A DNA stretch of 63,412 nt, the filler included, from Kipferlia bialata (Eukaryota): NCBI GenBank assembly GCA_003568945.1. It is 8 parts of 7 records of this genome, joined end to end, with 100 filler letters (N's around TTAATTAATTAA, not from the genome) between each part and the next. Parts side by side here need not be neighbours in the genome. Positions count along the whole stretch, not along the records: positions 33,196 to 43,206 come from BDIP01001515.1; positions 43,307 to 53,312 come from BDIP01001516.1; 6 more parts are not named here. One strand, given 5' to 3'. A program made the position numbers and the translations under genes. Below are positions 37,798 to 51,524 of this stretch, one piece after another. The notes under the pieces were generated by a model. That model saw nothing but the letters and a program-made list of their open reading frames with translations. It was not told where the DNA came from and ran no database searches. Each line of letters opens with the position of its first letter. Within the stretch, counting starts at the first letter, position 1.

Positions 37798-39984
37798 CTA
37801 GTTACCCTCGTAGGTGGATAGCACTATCCCACTGTCCTCATCACCCTCTGACAAGGGCTCGACACGGGTGAGCTTGTGCTTCTTGAGGCATCTCTGTCTC
37901 CACTTACTAGGATAAGGGGTAGGCTAAACGTACAACAAACAACATCCAAGGTAAGCATGCACCCAATATATATGAGAACAGTGAATATAGGTAGAAACGT
38001 ACTCCTGTAGGTATAGCAGGACAGTCTCCGTAACAGCCTGTATACCCAGGCCACTCATCAGTAGCACAACCACATCAGTCAACATGGTCCAGGGGTTGAC
38101 GTTGTTGAAGGTGACTTCGTAGACCTAAGGTCAATTTATAGTGTATTTAGTAATATATATGTATATACATGGATACAGTACGATGAATAGGGACAAGGAC
38201 ACTATATACTATTGTTGAGGGTGATCTCATAGACCTGCATGTAAAAGAAAGAAGTACAGGGGACATACCTGGTCACTGACGCTGTGCACTATGTTGACAG
38301 CTCTAAATATATATACATGCACGATTGTATATATATAGTATGAATATAGTATCACACACATATATATATAGTAATATAGTACTTATACACCTGGTCACTG
38401 ACGCTGTGCACTATGTTGACTGCTATGTACTCTACAGCTGAGGGGTGGCACACACTAGGACCACTGGGGGGTAAGGGATGAGGAAGAACCGAAAGATATA
38501 CTGAGTCTACATGTATTAACCTATGAAATAGTAGCTGCGCTGGCACACCCAAGGATCACTGTAGGTATGATAGGAAGAAGATGAGGAGAGAGAGAGAGAG
38601 AGAGAGAGAGATATGAAAATGCCGCACCCGTATATGGATGCAAAGGCCGTTGAGTAGAACACCCTATCATCCTCGCACACTCCGAACTGGCCCTCGAGAG
38701 TGGCGGGATTCTCACACCAGCCTGAGAGTGAGGACATATGTACATGTGGGGATAGTGAACATATAGAGTATATGACGGGTACATACGTGGTTACTAGGAT
38801 CTCATATAATTCAGCCAATACATTTACACAGAGAGAATGAGAAGATATATAGTAATTAGGAATATTTAGACACACACACATATATATATATATATAGATA
38901 GTACGTACTCGGCACCACCATCATCTGGGACTCTTATGTCAAGAAAATTACATATAGGTATATATCATACTAAGCAATGAAATCTAAATATGTATGTCTT
39001 ACTTAATATGTAGATAGCATAGAATATAGAATACTGATACAGTAGTATAAATCCAGAGAACGTACTGGGCACCACCATCATCTGGGACTCCACGTAGAAG
39101 GCCTGCTCCCCACACAGAACACCCTGGATATCAGTTATCGTGTAGAATATGCATCATTCAGAAAGGATAGAAAATATAAAAATAAAGCGTGTAATGAGGA
39201 CAGTATACAGTATATGTAACTGTATAGTGTATATATACCTCTGGCTGTGATGTGGCGAAGTCCGTGCCCAGGGTTAGGCCGTCATCGGGGGTAAAGCCTG
39301 CGCCTACTGTAAGTATATGATCATATATGTAGAGAGGGGAAGAAAGAGAGATAGAGACTAGTCATCGGGGGTGAAGCTTGCACCTAGTACTATTAGGGTA
39401 GATGAATTCACATAGAGAGATAGAGAGATAGAGAGAGTATATGTATAATGAGTGAAGTTGTCTTCTGAACTGAACACAGTGTATACCACCCAGCATTCTC
39501 CATGGCCTCACTGCTCCTCCGAAGTAGTGGCACCATCTAACAATATGAATACAGTATATGTTCATAATGTATTCAATATAAATACAATGTACACCACTCA
39601 CCGTTCTCCATGGCTTCACATGCCCCCCCAAAGTACAGACCCATGCCTGACTCCTCCTCAAAGTCAACAAGGCACATGACTGGGGGTAAGGGGGGAATTA
39701 CTGATGTAGATATCATATATAATGTACACACACAATATAATTTGAACTGAACTGACCTGACTGGGGGTAAGGGTAGACAGATAGGCCACAGAATTACGTC
39801 GGTGACCACTATTAAAATATAGATGTACATGTGTATACATAGTGTCTAACGAAATGACGTAGATAACAGTACAACCCTAACATGATAGGTGCTTGAACCA
39901 GCTGTCATCTTCAGCATACAGATATGAATAGGATATATACAAATACATACATATATCTATCTATATTTGAATATATATATATAT

Positions 39985-40025
<41 letters not shown>

Positions 40026-42772
40026 CCTGATAGGTTCTTGAACCAGCTGTCATCTTCAGCATGCATGTCACCACTAGGTGGAAGGACCTGAGGATTAGTA
40101 AAGTGAGAGAAAGAGAGAGACAGGGAGAGAAATGTAGGGGTATGTATTTGAATAATATGAGAGAGAGAGAGAGAGAGAGAGAGATGTATCCGATTGCATA
40201 GGTACCTGTGGCATTGGCCCGACCGATGCCTGGATGACCCTGTCTGCATCCCACATGGCCTGGGGGTTAGACTATATACACTATACATACAATATGCATA
40301 CATAGAGTACATATAGAGTGCTTGAGATATGCATTCACAGATAGAGACGCCTGGATGGCCTGGTTGATATTGATACATTGAATGTATTCACACATGTTTT
40401 CACATACAAACGTTACATGAGATAACATACCGCCCTCGTGTCTGGCTCCTGCAGTCCAGTTGTGCACTATGATATATGGATTCCACTAATCGAGACATTG
40501 TAATACATCGAATAGTTTACTAATAATACCCACCGCCCTTGTGTCTGGCTCCTGCAGTCCCGTTGTGTTGTCAAACAGGACCTCTATGAAGGGATCGAAG
40601 GAGAAGCCAGTTGGGAGACTGTGGTAAGGGAGAGAGTGTGAGAGAGAGATGGAGAGAGAGAGAAAAAGGGATCGAAGGCGAAGCCAGTAGGAAGACTGTG
40701 GTAAGGGAGAGATTGACAGACAGAGAGAGATGGAGGAAGGGAATGTAAGCTAAGCCAGTTGGGAGCCTGAGGTAAAGGAGAAAGCGGGAGTAATAGGTAG
40801 GAAAGGAGGCGAATGAATACAGTTGATACTCCATACCCTAGCCACTCGACATGCTCCTCTACCAGGGCAGCGTCCACGGCTGCATCCTCCTCACTGATAA
40901 TAAGGGTGTAGAGAGAGAGAGAGAGAGAGACAGAGACATATAGGAAGAGTGAGAGTGATATACTTGGGGAAAGAGAGGAAGAGTCATGTATTCAGAAGGA
41001 TAGATATTGTACCTCTCTATAGAGGGAAGAGAGAGAGTTGCTTGAGATATTTGAGAGAGAGAGAGAGAGAGAGAGACATGCCTGATGCAGCAGGAGGGAT
41101 AGGGTAGGCCTGCATACCCCACAATGACTGAGCCAGTGCCTATCTGCTGGAGAGTGAGTATGAATAGCATATAGAATACATATATACATATATACTTTGG
41201 AGACGTGACAGATAGTGGGCCAGTCCTATCTGCTGTAGGGTTAGGGAATATACAGGATATAGAGGAGGGGTAGGATACATATCTTAAATACACACAGAGT
41301 AAATACAGCCAACAGAGAATATAGTGGATGGACCAGACACGACAAATACTTGCCCACAAGTAGCTGGAGATGATATAGAGATACAGAATATATATGCATA
41401 TCTACTCACCACGCTGTTGCCCTTGATGAGGGGCACACAGAATATACTATACACTAGGTACTACATACTATATAGACTATACAAAGTGCATATGGAATAT
41501 ATGTATGTATGCATACCACGCTGTCTCCCTTGATGAGGGGCACACTCTTGCCAGTGATACCCACAGTCTTGAGAAACTGGTTGAAGGTACCCGGGTACAG
41601 AGACGTCCTACAGGGTCAGATGCTCTCTCAAAGAATGATAAAGATAGGACTGAACTATCCATAATTACAGAGACCTCTGTTGGTGGGTAAGTATGTATAT
41701 GAAGTGAGAGTATATATTATGGTGTATCAAGTATATACTATATTGTACCTACGTAACACTGCTCAAATTATAGCCATTATTAACGAAGTCTACAGTACCT
41801 GACTGCCCCACTGTAGAGTCCGAACTCTGGGTAGTACTCACTGGGCTGCATGAATAGTCTATAACAGTACCATTGTGAATATATAGACCCATAATGTATA
41901 TAGTCATTACCTCACTGCCCCACTGTAGAGTCCGAACTCTGGATAGTACTCACTGGGTTGCATGAAGAGTCTAAAGGACATGTCGGAGAAGAAGGGATAG
42001 CCAATGGACCAGGCTAAAGAAATCAGGCTGAAAGGTAAGAGTATGAGAATTCCTGCTTATCTAAGAGAGACTCTATACTAGCTGGTATACTATCTGTTTA
42101 GAGAATGAACGACATGTCGGAGAAGAAGGGATAGCCAATGGACCAGGCTAAAGAGATGAGCCTGAAGGGTAAGAGGATGTTAACTCTATTATCAAATACA
42201 TATATATTCATATATATATACATAATGAAATATATACTGTCTAAACGACATGTCGGAGAAGAATAGATATCCAATGGACCATGAGAAGGATATCAGGCTG
42301 GTGTGAGAAGTAAAACACAATCTCATTAACCTTTGTGGATAGTTGACTACTTATCCAGCTACTCGCCCAACATGATATACAATACAGGATATGGATAGCG
42401 TACTACTCACCCTACGTGGTGGTAAGCTACTCATCCTATATGAAACATTATAGTGACTTAAAGAATTACTCACCCAATGTGGTGGAACATCCCATCTGAA
42501 TCCTGGTAACACCCATAGCTCAGAAGAGGCTTCCCAAACCTATAGGTTAGAAGAGGAGAGAGAGAGATGAAACCAGTTCAAGCGAAGAAGGAACATCGTT
42601 ATAGATTGGAGATCAAAACGTTCTGAATTACCCCATGGATGTATGTGTATTCACTCACTCTGTTGCGTCTATATATCAATATATATATATATGTCAATAT
42701 ATTATATAATATATATATATCAATACGTACTCTGTTGCGTCGTGGTCCATGACCTCAGAGCACCCTTGGCCA
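37798..42772 (-). CDS. Multi-exon membrane protein with a large Cys-containing ectodomain and C-terminal TM helix, 5'-partial
   Basis: In-frame exon chain, e.g. 'GLISLAWSIGYPFFSD...|RTSLYPGTFNQFLK...|WCENPATLEGQFGVCED...|VYEVTFNNVNPWTMLTDVVVLLMSGLGIQAVTETVLLYLQ|DKWRQRCLKKHK...YEGN*'. Confidence 0.68.
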
Positions 42773-42900
42773 CCTGATAGTTAGATACAGTTATTATATA
42801 GATATGAATAGTTATATAGTTATAGAATAATATACACGTTGGATATTATACATTAAATATGTGTTGACCTCTGAGCACCCTTGGCCACCTACATGGTCAG

Positions 42901-42981
42901 AGGCATTAAGAGGCATAAAGAGGCATTAAGAGGCATTAAGAGGCATAAAGAGGCATAAAGAGGCATTAAGAGGCATTAAGA
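42901..42981 (+). repeat. 10-bp minisatellite (AGGCATTAAG/AGGCATAAAG) x8
   Basis: Direct tandem repeat visible in the sequence. Confidence 0.95.
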
Positions 42982-43155
42982 CATTACAATGCTGATGCAT
43001 AAGATACTAACCGCATGGTCAGAGGCATTCAGACATTATAATGCTGATTCATAATGAAGGAGAGATGGAAACCTGCACTTGGAACCGCTCTCAAAATAGA
43101 AGAGATTGAAATAAAGGGGGAGGAAGAGATAGAAAGATACATAAGTACACGTATG

Positions 43156-43206
<51 letters not shown>

Positions 43207-43306
43207 NNNNNNNNNNNNNNNNNNNNNNNNNNNNNNNNNNNNNNNNNNNNTTAATTAATTAANNNNNNNNNNNNNNNNNNNNNNNNNNNNNNNNNNNNNN
43301 NNNNNN
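43207..43306. other. Artificial scaffold spacer
   Basis: N44-TTAATTAATTAA-N44. Confidence 0.97.
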
Positions 43307-43555
43307 TAATAGTATATATACTATCCATGGCCTCCCAGAACTCCTGGATGTGAGTGTAATAGTATTGATACATACATTGTATATATTTAATATATAATGT
43401 AATACTATAAGTATATATAATAAAATATATGTATACAGTACTTATATATAGCTCTATCCATGGCCTCCCAGAACTCCTGGGTATGAGAGGAGTTACAATG
43501 CCAGCAGATATATATTCATATACACATTATGATAGAGTCTCTTGCATGTAATATT

Positions 43556-43768
43556 GCTCAGGTACCCTTTATACATATAAACCTCATTACATTACATATT
43601 ATATACCATATTACATACCTCATTCAGGTACCCTTTATACATATAAACCTCATTATATTACATACTATATACCATATTACATACCTCACTCAGGTACCCT
43701 TTATACATATAAACCTCATTATATTACATATTATATACCATATTACATACCTCACTCAGGTACCCTTT
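43556..43768 (+). repeat. 66-bp tandem repeat x3 plus a partial unit, each containing CAG|GTACCCTTT
   Basis: The G of the acceptor AG falls at 43561, 43627, 43693 and 43759. The last copy continues into an open terminal exon (VPFLNGAEPEIPKDLV...*). Confidence 0.93.
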
Positions 43769-43821
43769 CTCAATGGTGCGGAGCCTGAGATACCTAAGGA
43801 TCTTGTGACTGGAGTCAGAGG

Positions 43822-43862
<41 letters not shown>

Positions 43863-44945
43863 GGTGATCAGAGAGGAAGGGAGAGAGAGTCAGAGAGAGT
43901 CAGAGAGAGTCAGAGACAGTTCGAGTGAATAGAGGGTAGGGGGGGGGAGGGAGGGGAGGGGGGACATTATCTATATATACATACTATACATATATACTTA
44001 CACATCACTGATTCCCTGGGTAGTATGATGTGTCAGCAGTACACTCTAAACAATGTGCATATATAAACAACGCTCTGCGCACTATAGGGAACCAAATACA
44101 TACACATACATACACATATTACGTACCGCTCGTCAACGAAGAATATCTGTCCCTCACCCTGTGCCCAGGCTCCTATGCTGACAGTGAGATATGGAGATAC
44201 GGAGAATACACTGATACTCATACTCACAACTAGAAATGGAGAATGATGATGGCAAATAACGCCTCAAGAAAAATATATAATGAAAAGAAGACCATAATCA
44301 ACATAATATGAAACACACATACCCTGCGGCTCTCTTATACACCGCATAGCAGTAGATATCGCGAAGGGTCAAGGACTTCATAATATACATGCGCAGCCTG
44401 TGGCTTATTTTGGGCCTCATGCACTTGGTCTGAACAACAACGGGCTCCTCACTCTTAACCACAGCGGAACAGCCCATACTCACTCAGTAGATGATTTTGA
44501 TGACGACTCTAGGTTGGAGTATCTAATAGAGTGGCTTGTGTGGAATGTGGAATTCTGTATTTGCCTATCATCTAGACCCTTCATCACTGAAACGCTTAAC
44601 GGTGAATATGCTCATTGAAAATCACATACCTATTCACTGACTGCAGACAGATGCAAGAGGACAGCGGGAGCCTTCAGGTGTCTGATGACTATGTGCTGGC
44701 TTATAATAGAGCATCGAAGGATCTTGACAGGTTGGAATTATGAGTTCTTGGGTATTTGTAGAGTTCTGACTCTCTTGTGTTTGGGTTCTCTTTATGCCTC
44801 CCCACAGGTTCTTGAGCATATACATATATATCATGTGCATACATAAATCTTATGCATACATATATCTTATGCATATATACATCTTATGCAAATATATATA
44901 TCTTATACATATATATGTCTTATGCATATATATGCCTCCCCACAG

Positions 44946-45468
44946 GTTCTTGAGCATGTACCCGGATCCAGAATCCTCTCTACCTCGGGATAGCCCGATT
45001 TGGGCGACGTACAAGGAATTGAAGAAGTGGTATGTCTGCCTGTCTTTGTTGTCTCTCTTCTCTTTACTGTTTCAGTACCAGTATATACCAGTTTCAGTAT
45101 CACTGATACTGATCACTGTCAGTATCACAGATACTGATACTGTATCAGTATCTGTTTGAGTAATTTCATTCTTTTATCGATTCACACATGTCTCCCTATT
45201 GCCTCACTCCAGGAAGTTCTATCATAAGCTGAAGATGAGTCTGGAGGAATCTCGGTTGTATTATGGTCTGAAGGGGCAGGGTGGGAAGAGAACCGCTTCA
45301 GAGCGTAGGGCATCCCGTAGACGGCGTCGCAAGCGTTCCCGCCAATCCCGTCCCACCACGGATGTGGCCCCATCTGGGTTAGCCACTCATCCAGTGCAGT
45401 ATCGGCAACTGAGTGTATTGAGTGTTGCTGCCATGCATAGCTGCAACCGCAGATATATGTATCGATAG
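44946..45468 (+). CDS. 3' exons of a small hypothetical basic protein
   Basis: Exons 'FLSMYPDPESSLPRDSPIWATYKELKK|KFYHKLKMSLEESRLYYGLKG...RRRRRKRSR' with GT-AG ends; upstream exons unresolved. Confidence 0.4.
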
Positions 45469-45579
45469 ATATATGTATCGATAGGTGATGTGAATACATG
45501 TACTAAATGGTCATCGCTGGTATGTTTTTGGTTTTGTGTGTCAAGTCTATGAGTGCTTCGTGCGTGTCCTCTGATACTA

Positions 45580-46294
45580 CTATACACCATTCAAGACACA
45601 GATGCAGAGGTGAATCATCCCTCCTCCTCCTTCTTCTCCTCTCTCTCTTCCTCCTTCTTCTCCTCCTTCTTCTGATACCTCTCAGGCAGTGCGGCTAGAA
45701 GCTGGGCCCTGGGGGTCAAAGAGGCAGATCACGTCACTAGACATGCATCAGTACATCTATACACACACAAGAGTAAGAGATATCTTACATATATTTGTAC
45801 CCACCTGGCGGTCTGTGCATCAGTGTCTGTCTCTCCCTCTCCCTCTCCCTCTCTTTCAGCCTCTCTCTCGGCGTGTGCTAGGCACCTCTGCACCTGGAGT
45901 ATCAGTAAAAGTACCAGTATCAGTATTGGTACATGTAATAGTACCAGTCAGTATCCTGTCAGTGTCAGTATAAGTACGAGTATCAGTATTTGTAGTACCT
46001 GGAGACACTGGTCCACAGACATGATCAGTATCAGTCAGTATCAGTGTTTGTAGTATGATATAGTATAATATATATATATATATATATACATGTATACAGT
46101 ACTATATCAGTATAGGAACCAATCAGTTACATTATCAGTCAATACATGTATATATGTTAGTATTAGTTAGTATACTAATACTTCTATATTATAGTACCAG
46201 TACCTGGAGACACTGGTCCACAGACATGACCCTGCCCCTCTGCTGCTCAGAGGACAGGACAAGGCCTGAGGTAAAGGGTATATGTATATATATT

Positions 46295-46337
<43 letters not shown>

Positions 46338-49300
46338 ACCTCTGCTGCTCAGATGACAGAACAAAGCCTGGGGGGTGGGATACATATACACAGTATATAT
46401 ATATAGAGAGAGAGAGAGAGAGAAACATGCTCAGATGACAGGACAAGGCCTGAGATGATTAAAAATGTCGAGATAGAGAGAGAGAAGAACAATAGCTGAT
46501 ATGCTCATGCCCACAGAGGAAAAAAATAGAGTATTCATATATACAAATGGAGAGAGGGCGATATACCTGCGATGATCATGCCCACCGTGCCCTGTATTAA
46601 GTATAGAGTATTCAAAAATACATATATATATATATATCTGAAGAGAGAGAGAGAGAGAGAGAGACATACCTGCGATGCTCATGCCCACCGTGTCCAGAGG
46701 TAAGTATAGAGTATTCGTAAATACACATATATATACATATCTGGAGAGAGAGAGAGAAAGATAGAGGGAGAGATACCTGCGATGCTCATGCCCACCGTGC
46801 CCAGTGGCCGCTGGTTGAGATGGCCAAGGAGGTGGAACACGTCCTCAAAGCCAAAGACGGACTGGGGTGGGAGAGATATATATACTATAATAATATTATA
46901 TATATACATTAATACACTACAATAGTAATATATATGTATGTATAGTTTTGGAGTGGAACACATCCTCAAAGGCAAAGACGGACTGGGGTCAGGAAGGTAT
47001 ATGTATTAGTAAATATATATATACCGTAATATTAATTAATATATATGTAGAGAGACATTCACAGCAGACCCAAAGACAGACTGGGGTGAGTATATAGTAT
47101 ATACTGTGATTATATATACTATATATATACTATATATATATCACACCTGGTCGCACAGTGCCTGTGCCAGGTCCATGGGCTTGGGTATCTGCACCCTCGC
47201 AGTGACTATGGACACAAGGAGGCTCGCAGGGGAGAGGGAGAGGGGGGAGGACTTGATACTCCTGCCCAGAGCCGCAGAAGACTGGGTGTCTCTCTCTCTC
47301 TCTCCACCTCCCTCCCTCTTCCTAGAGGCATCGACACCCCTCTTGGCAGCACCCTTCCCTGTTGTTAATTAATACAATAAGAGTTATATATACTACAATA
47401 ATTACTAATACTATAACAAATACTTATACTACAATGACTTGGCAGCACCCTTCCCTGTTGTTAGTAATGTAAAACATGTTCCCAATTAATAGTATAGTAG
47501 TAATAATAATGATAATTAGAGAGAGAAGAATTAGTATATAGTATCGATCATTATACACATCAATATTACCTACCGTGATGTTGGTGTGGAGGTACAACTA
47601 TACAATTACTATTACTACTACTAACTATCTATACAGAAGTACAAATTAGTAATTTGTACAATACTATACAATAATTACTACTACTAACTAACTAACTATA
47701 CAGAAGTACAAATTAGTACCTTGTCAACCTATACCTATCGTGATGTTGGTGTGGAGGGACCACACTATACAATTATTACTACTACTAACTAACTATACAG
47801 AAGTACAACTTAGTAATTTGTAAACTGATACCTATCGTGATGAAAAGAAATATAATATAGTAGTGATATTGATTGATACATATATATAATACCTATTGTG
47901 ATGTTGGTGTGGAGGGACTTCTTCTTGTTGGCGCGCTCTGCTCTCTCTCTCTCCCTGCGCTCGTAGTCCCTACGTTCAGACGTTCAGACGTTCAGAGTGA
48001 AGAAATAAGATATATAATAATGTATATATATATATTAATATGTAATAATATATAGAAACGACAACACAGAATGAACCTTCGGGCATGGTCGCCCCTCTCC
48101 CTAATCTGCCTCTCTCTCTCGAGGTCTCTGAACCGCTGGGACTCGCGGTTACGCCCTGCCTCTCCTAGGTATGAGAGATGGGGGTATACTAATATCGTCT
48201 ATGTATTTACCCTCACATAAGAAACAAAGACCGATATATATGTACACTAGGTGCCTGGGCATGTACATGTGTCTCCCTCACCTAGTGCCTTGCTCACCAG
48301 GACAGCCCTTCTGATACAGCTTACCCGGCCTGGGTCACAGGACAGCACAGAGCCGAGGACCTGGGGTTAGACACACACTTTATGTATACACACATACTTG
48401 AATGTATATCTACTATATGCATCACAGATGTATCATCCCTGGGTCACAGCACAGATCCCAGCACCTAGTGTTATATATACTAGAAAATTCCAAGTATTCT
48501 ATGATGCTCCTGGTCAGAATCACGACGGTACATGAAATATGTGTTGTAATGACTATACATATACACACCTTATCCAGCATGAGGCACCCCGGTATCCTGG
48601 ATGCCACTGGGAGTATGTATGCATCCACCCCTGTCTCTAGGTAGAGGTCGACCAGGGTGGATAGGCGGGAGAAGGACCTAGGTGTCAATAGTGTATGTGT
48701 ATACATGAGAAAGAGAGAGAGAGAGAGAGAGGTAGAGGTAGAGGTAGAGGTCAACCAGGGAGGATAGACGGGAGAAGGACCTTGGGGTCAATAAATATCA
48801 GTAGACCACAAGGACCAGATATACCACAGACAGATACTAGGTGCAAACAGATATCGAATAACAATACAATACATTGAAGTGATACTGTATACTGATATAC
48901 CTAGGCAGTGCGTCCCTATACTGATACTGACACTATACTCTGATAGTGATACTATATACACTAATATACTATGTACTGATACCTAGGCAGTGCTGGTGGT
49001 GGTGGGCAGACTATTGTATATAAGCATACCAGATAGTATCCATATATATATATATGAACACATCCTTATATATATATATATGTACTGACCTAGGCAGTGC
49101 GTCCCTGCTTGTGGTGGTGGGCAGGATGGCATCATACACAGTCATGCCCCTGGGGTGAGCGTAAGTATCAATACACATACTTAGTGTACACTATGACCAG
49201 TATATATATATATATAGTGTATATAGTACATATATATTTATACATATAGGATGGCATCATACACAGTCATGCCCCTGGGGTGAGTCACCATGTAGTACTA

Positions 49301-51467
49301 TATACTCTATACTCTATTATATATATACAAATATATATATATATATACAAATATATATATATATACAAATGTATATACAAACTGGTATCAGACAGTCATG
49401 CCCCTGGGGTGAGTCACTTATATAGTACACAATCATATACACAATACATGCTACATATACTAAATATATATACAAATATATATATATATACTGGTATCAT
49501 ACAGTCATGCCCCTGGGGTTTGTGAGTGGGGATGTGAGAGTGAGAGTATCAACATATATACTTAGTATATTGGAACTGGGCACACACTGTGACTATAATA
49601 ATAATATCCATTTCCACCTATGCTATGTACTCCGGGTTGTCTGCTGTGGCACTGATTACCCATATATGTACATATATACATATATATTTGTGTACATATC
49701 CCCTTCTATACCTAGGTATGTACTCTGTAGCATAGTGTTCATACATGTATATACCTAGGAATGTACTCTGGGTTGTCTGCTATGGCACTCAGCAGCAGCT
49801 GTTGCATGTCCAGTGGCTGACACGCATGGGACAGAGCACGCACGGGAAGGGTGTCCACGGAGGAAAAGGCAAGTACACTGAGGGTGAGATATGTATATAG
49901 TAGATGTTATATACTATATGATATAGACTGGGAGGGNNNNNNNNNNNNNNNNNNNNNNNNNNNNNNNNNNNNNNNNNNNNNNNNNNNNNNNNNNNNNNNN
50001 NNNNNNNNNNNNNNNNNNNNNNNNNNNNNNNNNNNNNNNNNNNNNNNNNNNNNNNNNNNNNNNNNNNNNNNNNNNNNNNNNNNNNNNNNNNNNNNNNNNN
50101 NNNNNNNNNNNNNNNNNNNNNNNNNNNNNNNNNNNNNNNNNNNNNNNNNNNNNNNNNNNNNNNNNNNNNNNNNNNNNNNNNNNNNNNNNNNNNNNNNNNN
50201 NNNNNNNNNNNNNNNNNNNNNNNNNNNNNNNNNNNNNNNNNNNNNNNNNNNNNNNNNNNNNNNNNNNNNNNNNNNNNNNNNNNNNNNNNNNNNNNNNNNN
50301 NNNNNNNNNNNNNNNNNNNNNNNNNNNNNNNNNNNNNNNNNNNNNNNNNNNNNNNNNNNNNNNNNNNNNNNNNNNNNNNNNNNNNNNNNNNNNNNNNNNN
50401 NNNNNNNNNNNNNNNNNNNNNNNNNNNNNNNNNNNNNNNNNNNNNNNNNNNNNNNNNNNNNNNNNNNNNNNNNNNNNNNNNNNNNNNNNNNNNNNNNNNN
50501 NNNNNNNNNNNNNNNNNNNNNNNNNNNNNNNNNNNNNNNNNNNNNNNNNNNNNNNNNNNNNNNNNNNNNNNNNNNNNNNNNNNNNNNNNNNNNNNNNNNN
50601 NNNNNNNNNNNNNNNNNNNNNNNNNNNNNNNNNNNNNNNNNNNNNNNNNNNNNNNNNNNNNNNNNNNNNNNNNNNNNNNNNNNNNNNNNNNNNNNNNNNN
50701 NNNNNNNNNNNNNNNNNNNNNNNNNNNNNNNNNNNNNNNNNNNNNNNNNNNNNNNNNNNNNNNNNNNNNNNNNNNNNNNNNNNNNNNNNNNNNNNNNNNN
50801 NNNNNNNNNNNNNNNNNNNNNNNNNNNNNNNNNNNNNNNNNNNNNNNNNNNNNNNNATACATATATATATATAGTGCACCTTGTCAGCAGTGCATGTGTG
50901 CCCCTGGCCATGTATGCCCCCAGGGCCAGCATGGTCTTCAGGGCCTCCACACCCTGGGCCTGTGTACCCGCTAGGCATGAGAGGCATAGACATATAGTAT
51001 ATACAGTATAGGATAGAGTATCAATGCCCAGCATGGTCTTCAGGGCCTCCACACCCTTGGCCCCATCTAGAGATGAGATATATATATATACATAATGTAG
51101 TCATACAATTGACGGATACACTCACCCTGTGCCTTGGCCTCCTCTGCCTTGGACTGGATGTATATACATATACAGATATATATATGTATACATATGATAC
51201 TGATGAGTATATATACATGAATACATACGCTCACCCTGCGCCTTGGCCTCCTCTGCCTTGGACTGGATGTGGGCCTCAGTCACCTCTGGGGGTTAGGAAG
51301 GGGTGAGTTATGTCTGCCACGAGTGCGGTGACACTAGGCCTCGTACATGCATGTATATATAGATAATCACATATGATACATAGATGGACAGGCATATTTA
51401 CTGTCCACGTGCCACGAGTGCTGTCCCCCCTGGCCTATCCTTCTTGAGTAGTACTACATATGAATTC

Positions 51468-51524
<57 letters not shown>

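Noticed and set aside
40260..40272. Scattered GGGTTAG/CTAACCC telomere-like words
   Set aside because: They are single copies at intron ends, i.e. the CTAAC branch-point/acceptor motif.
40894..41117. Possible GC-AG intron (donor gcatgt at 41081, minus strand)
   Set aside because: A canonical GTATGC donor ~36 nt upstream has the same phase, so this cannot be decided without cDNA.
49789..51052. Long ORFs in the track here and at 2364-3151 and 56172-56948
   Set aside because: They are open only because they cross N gaps.
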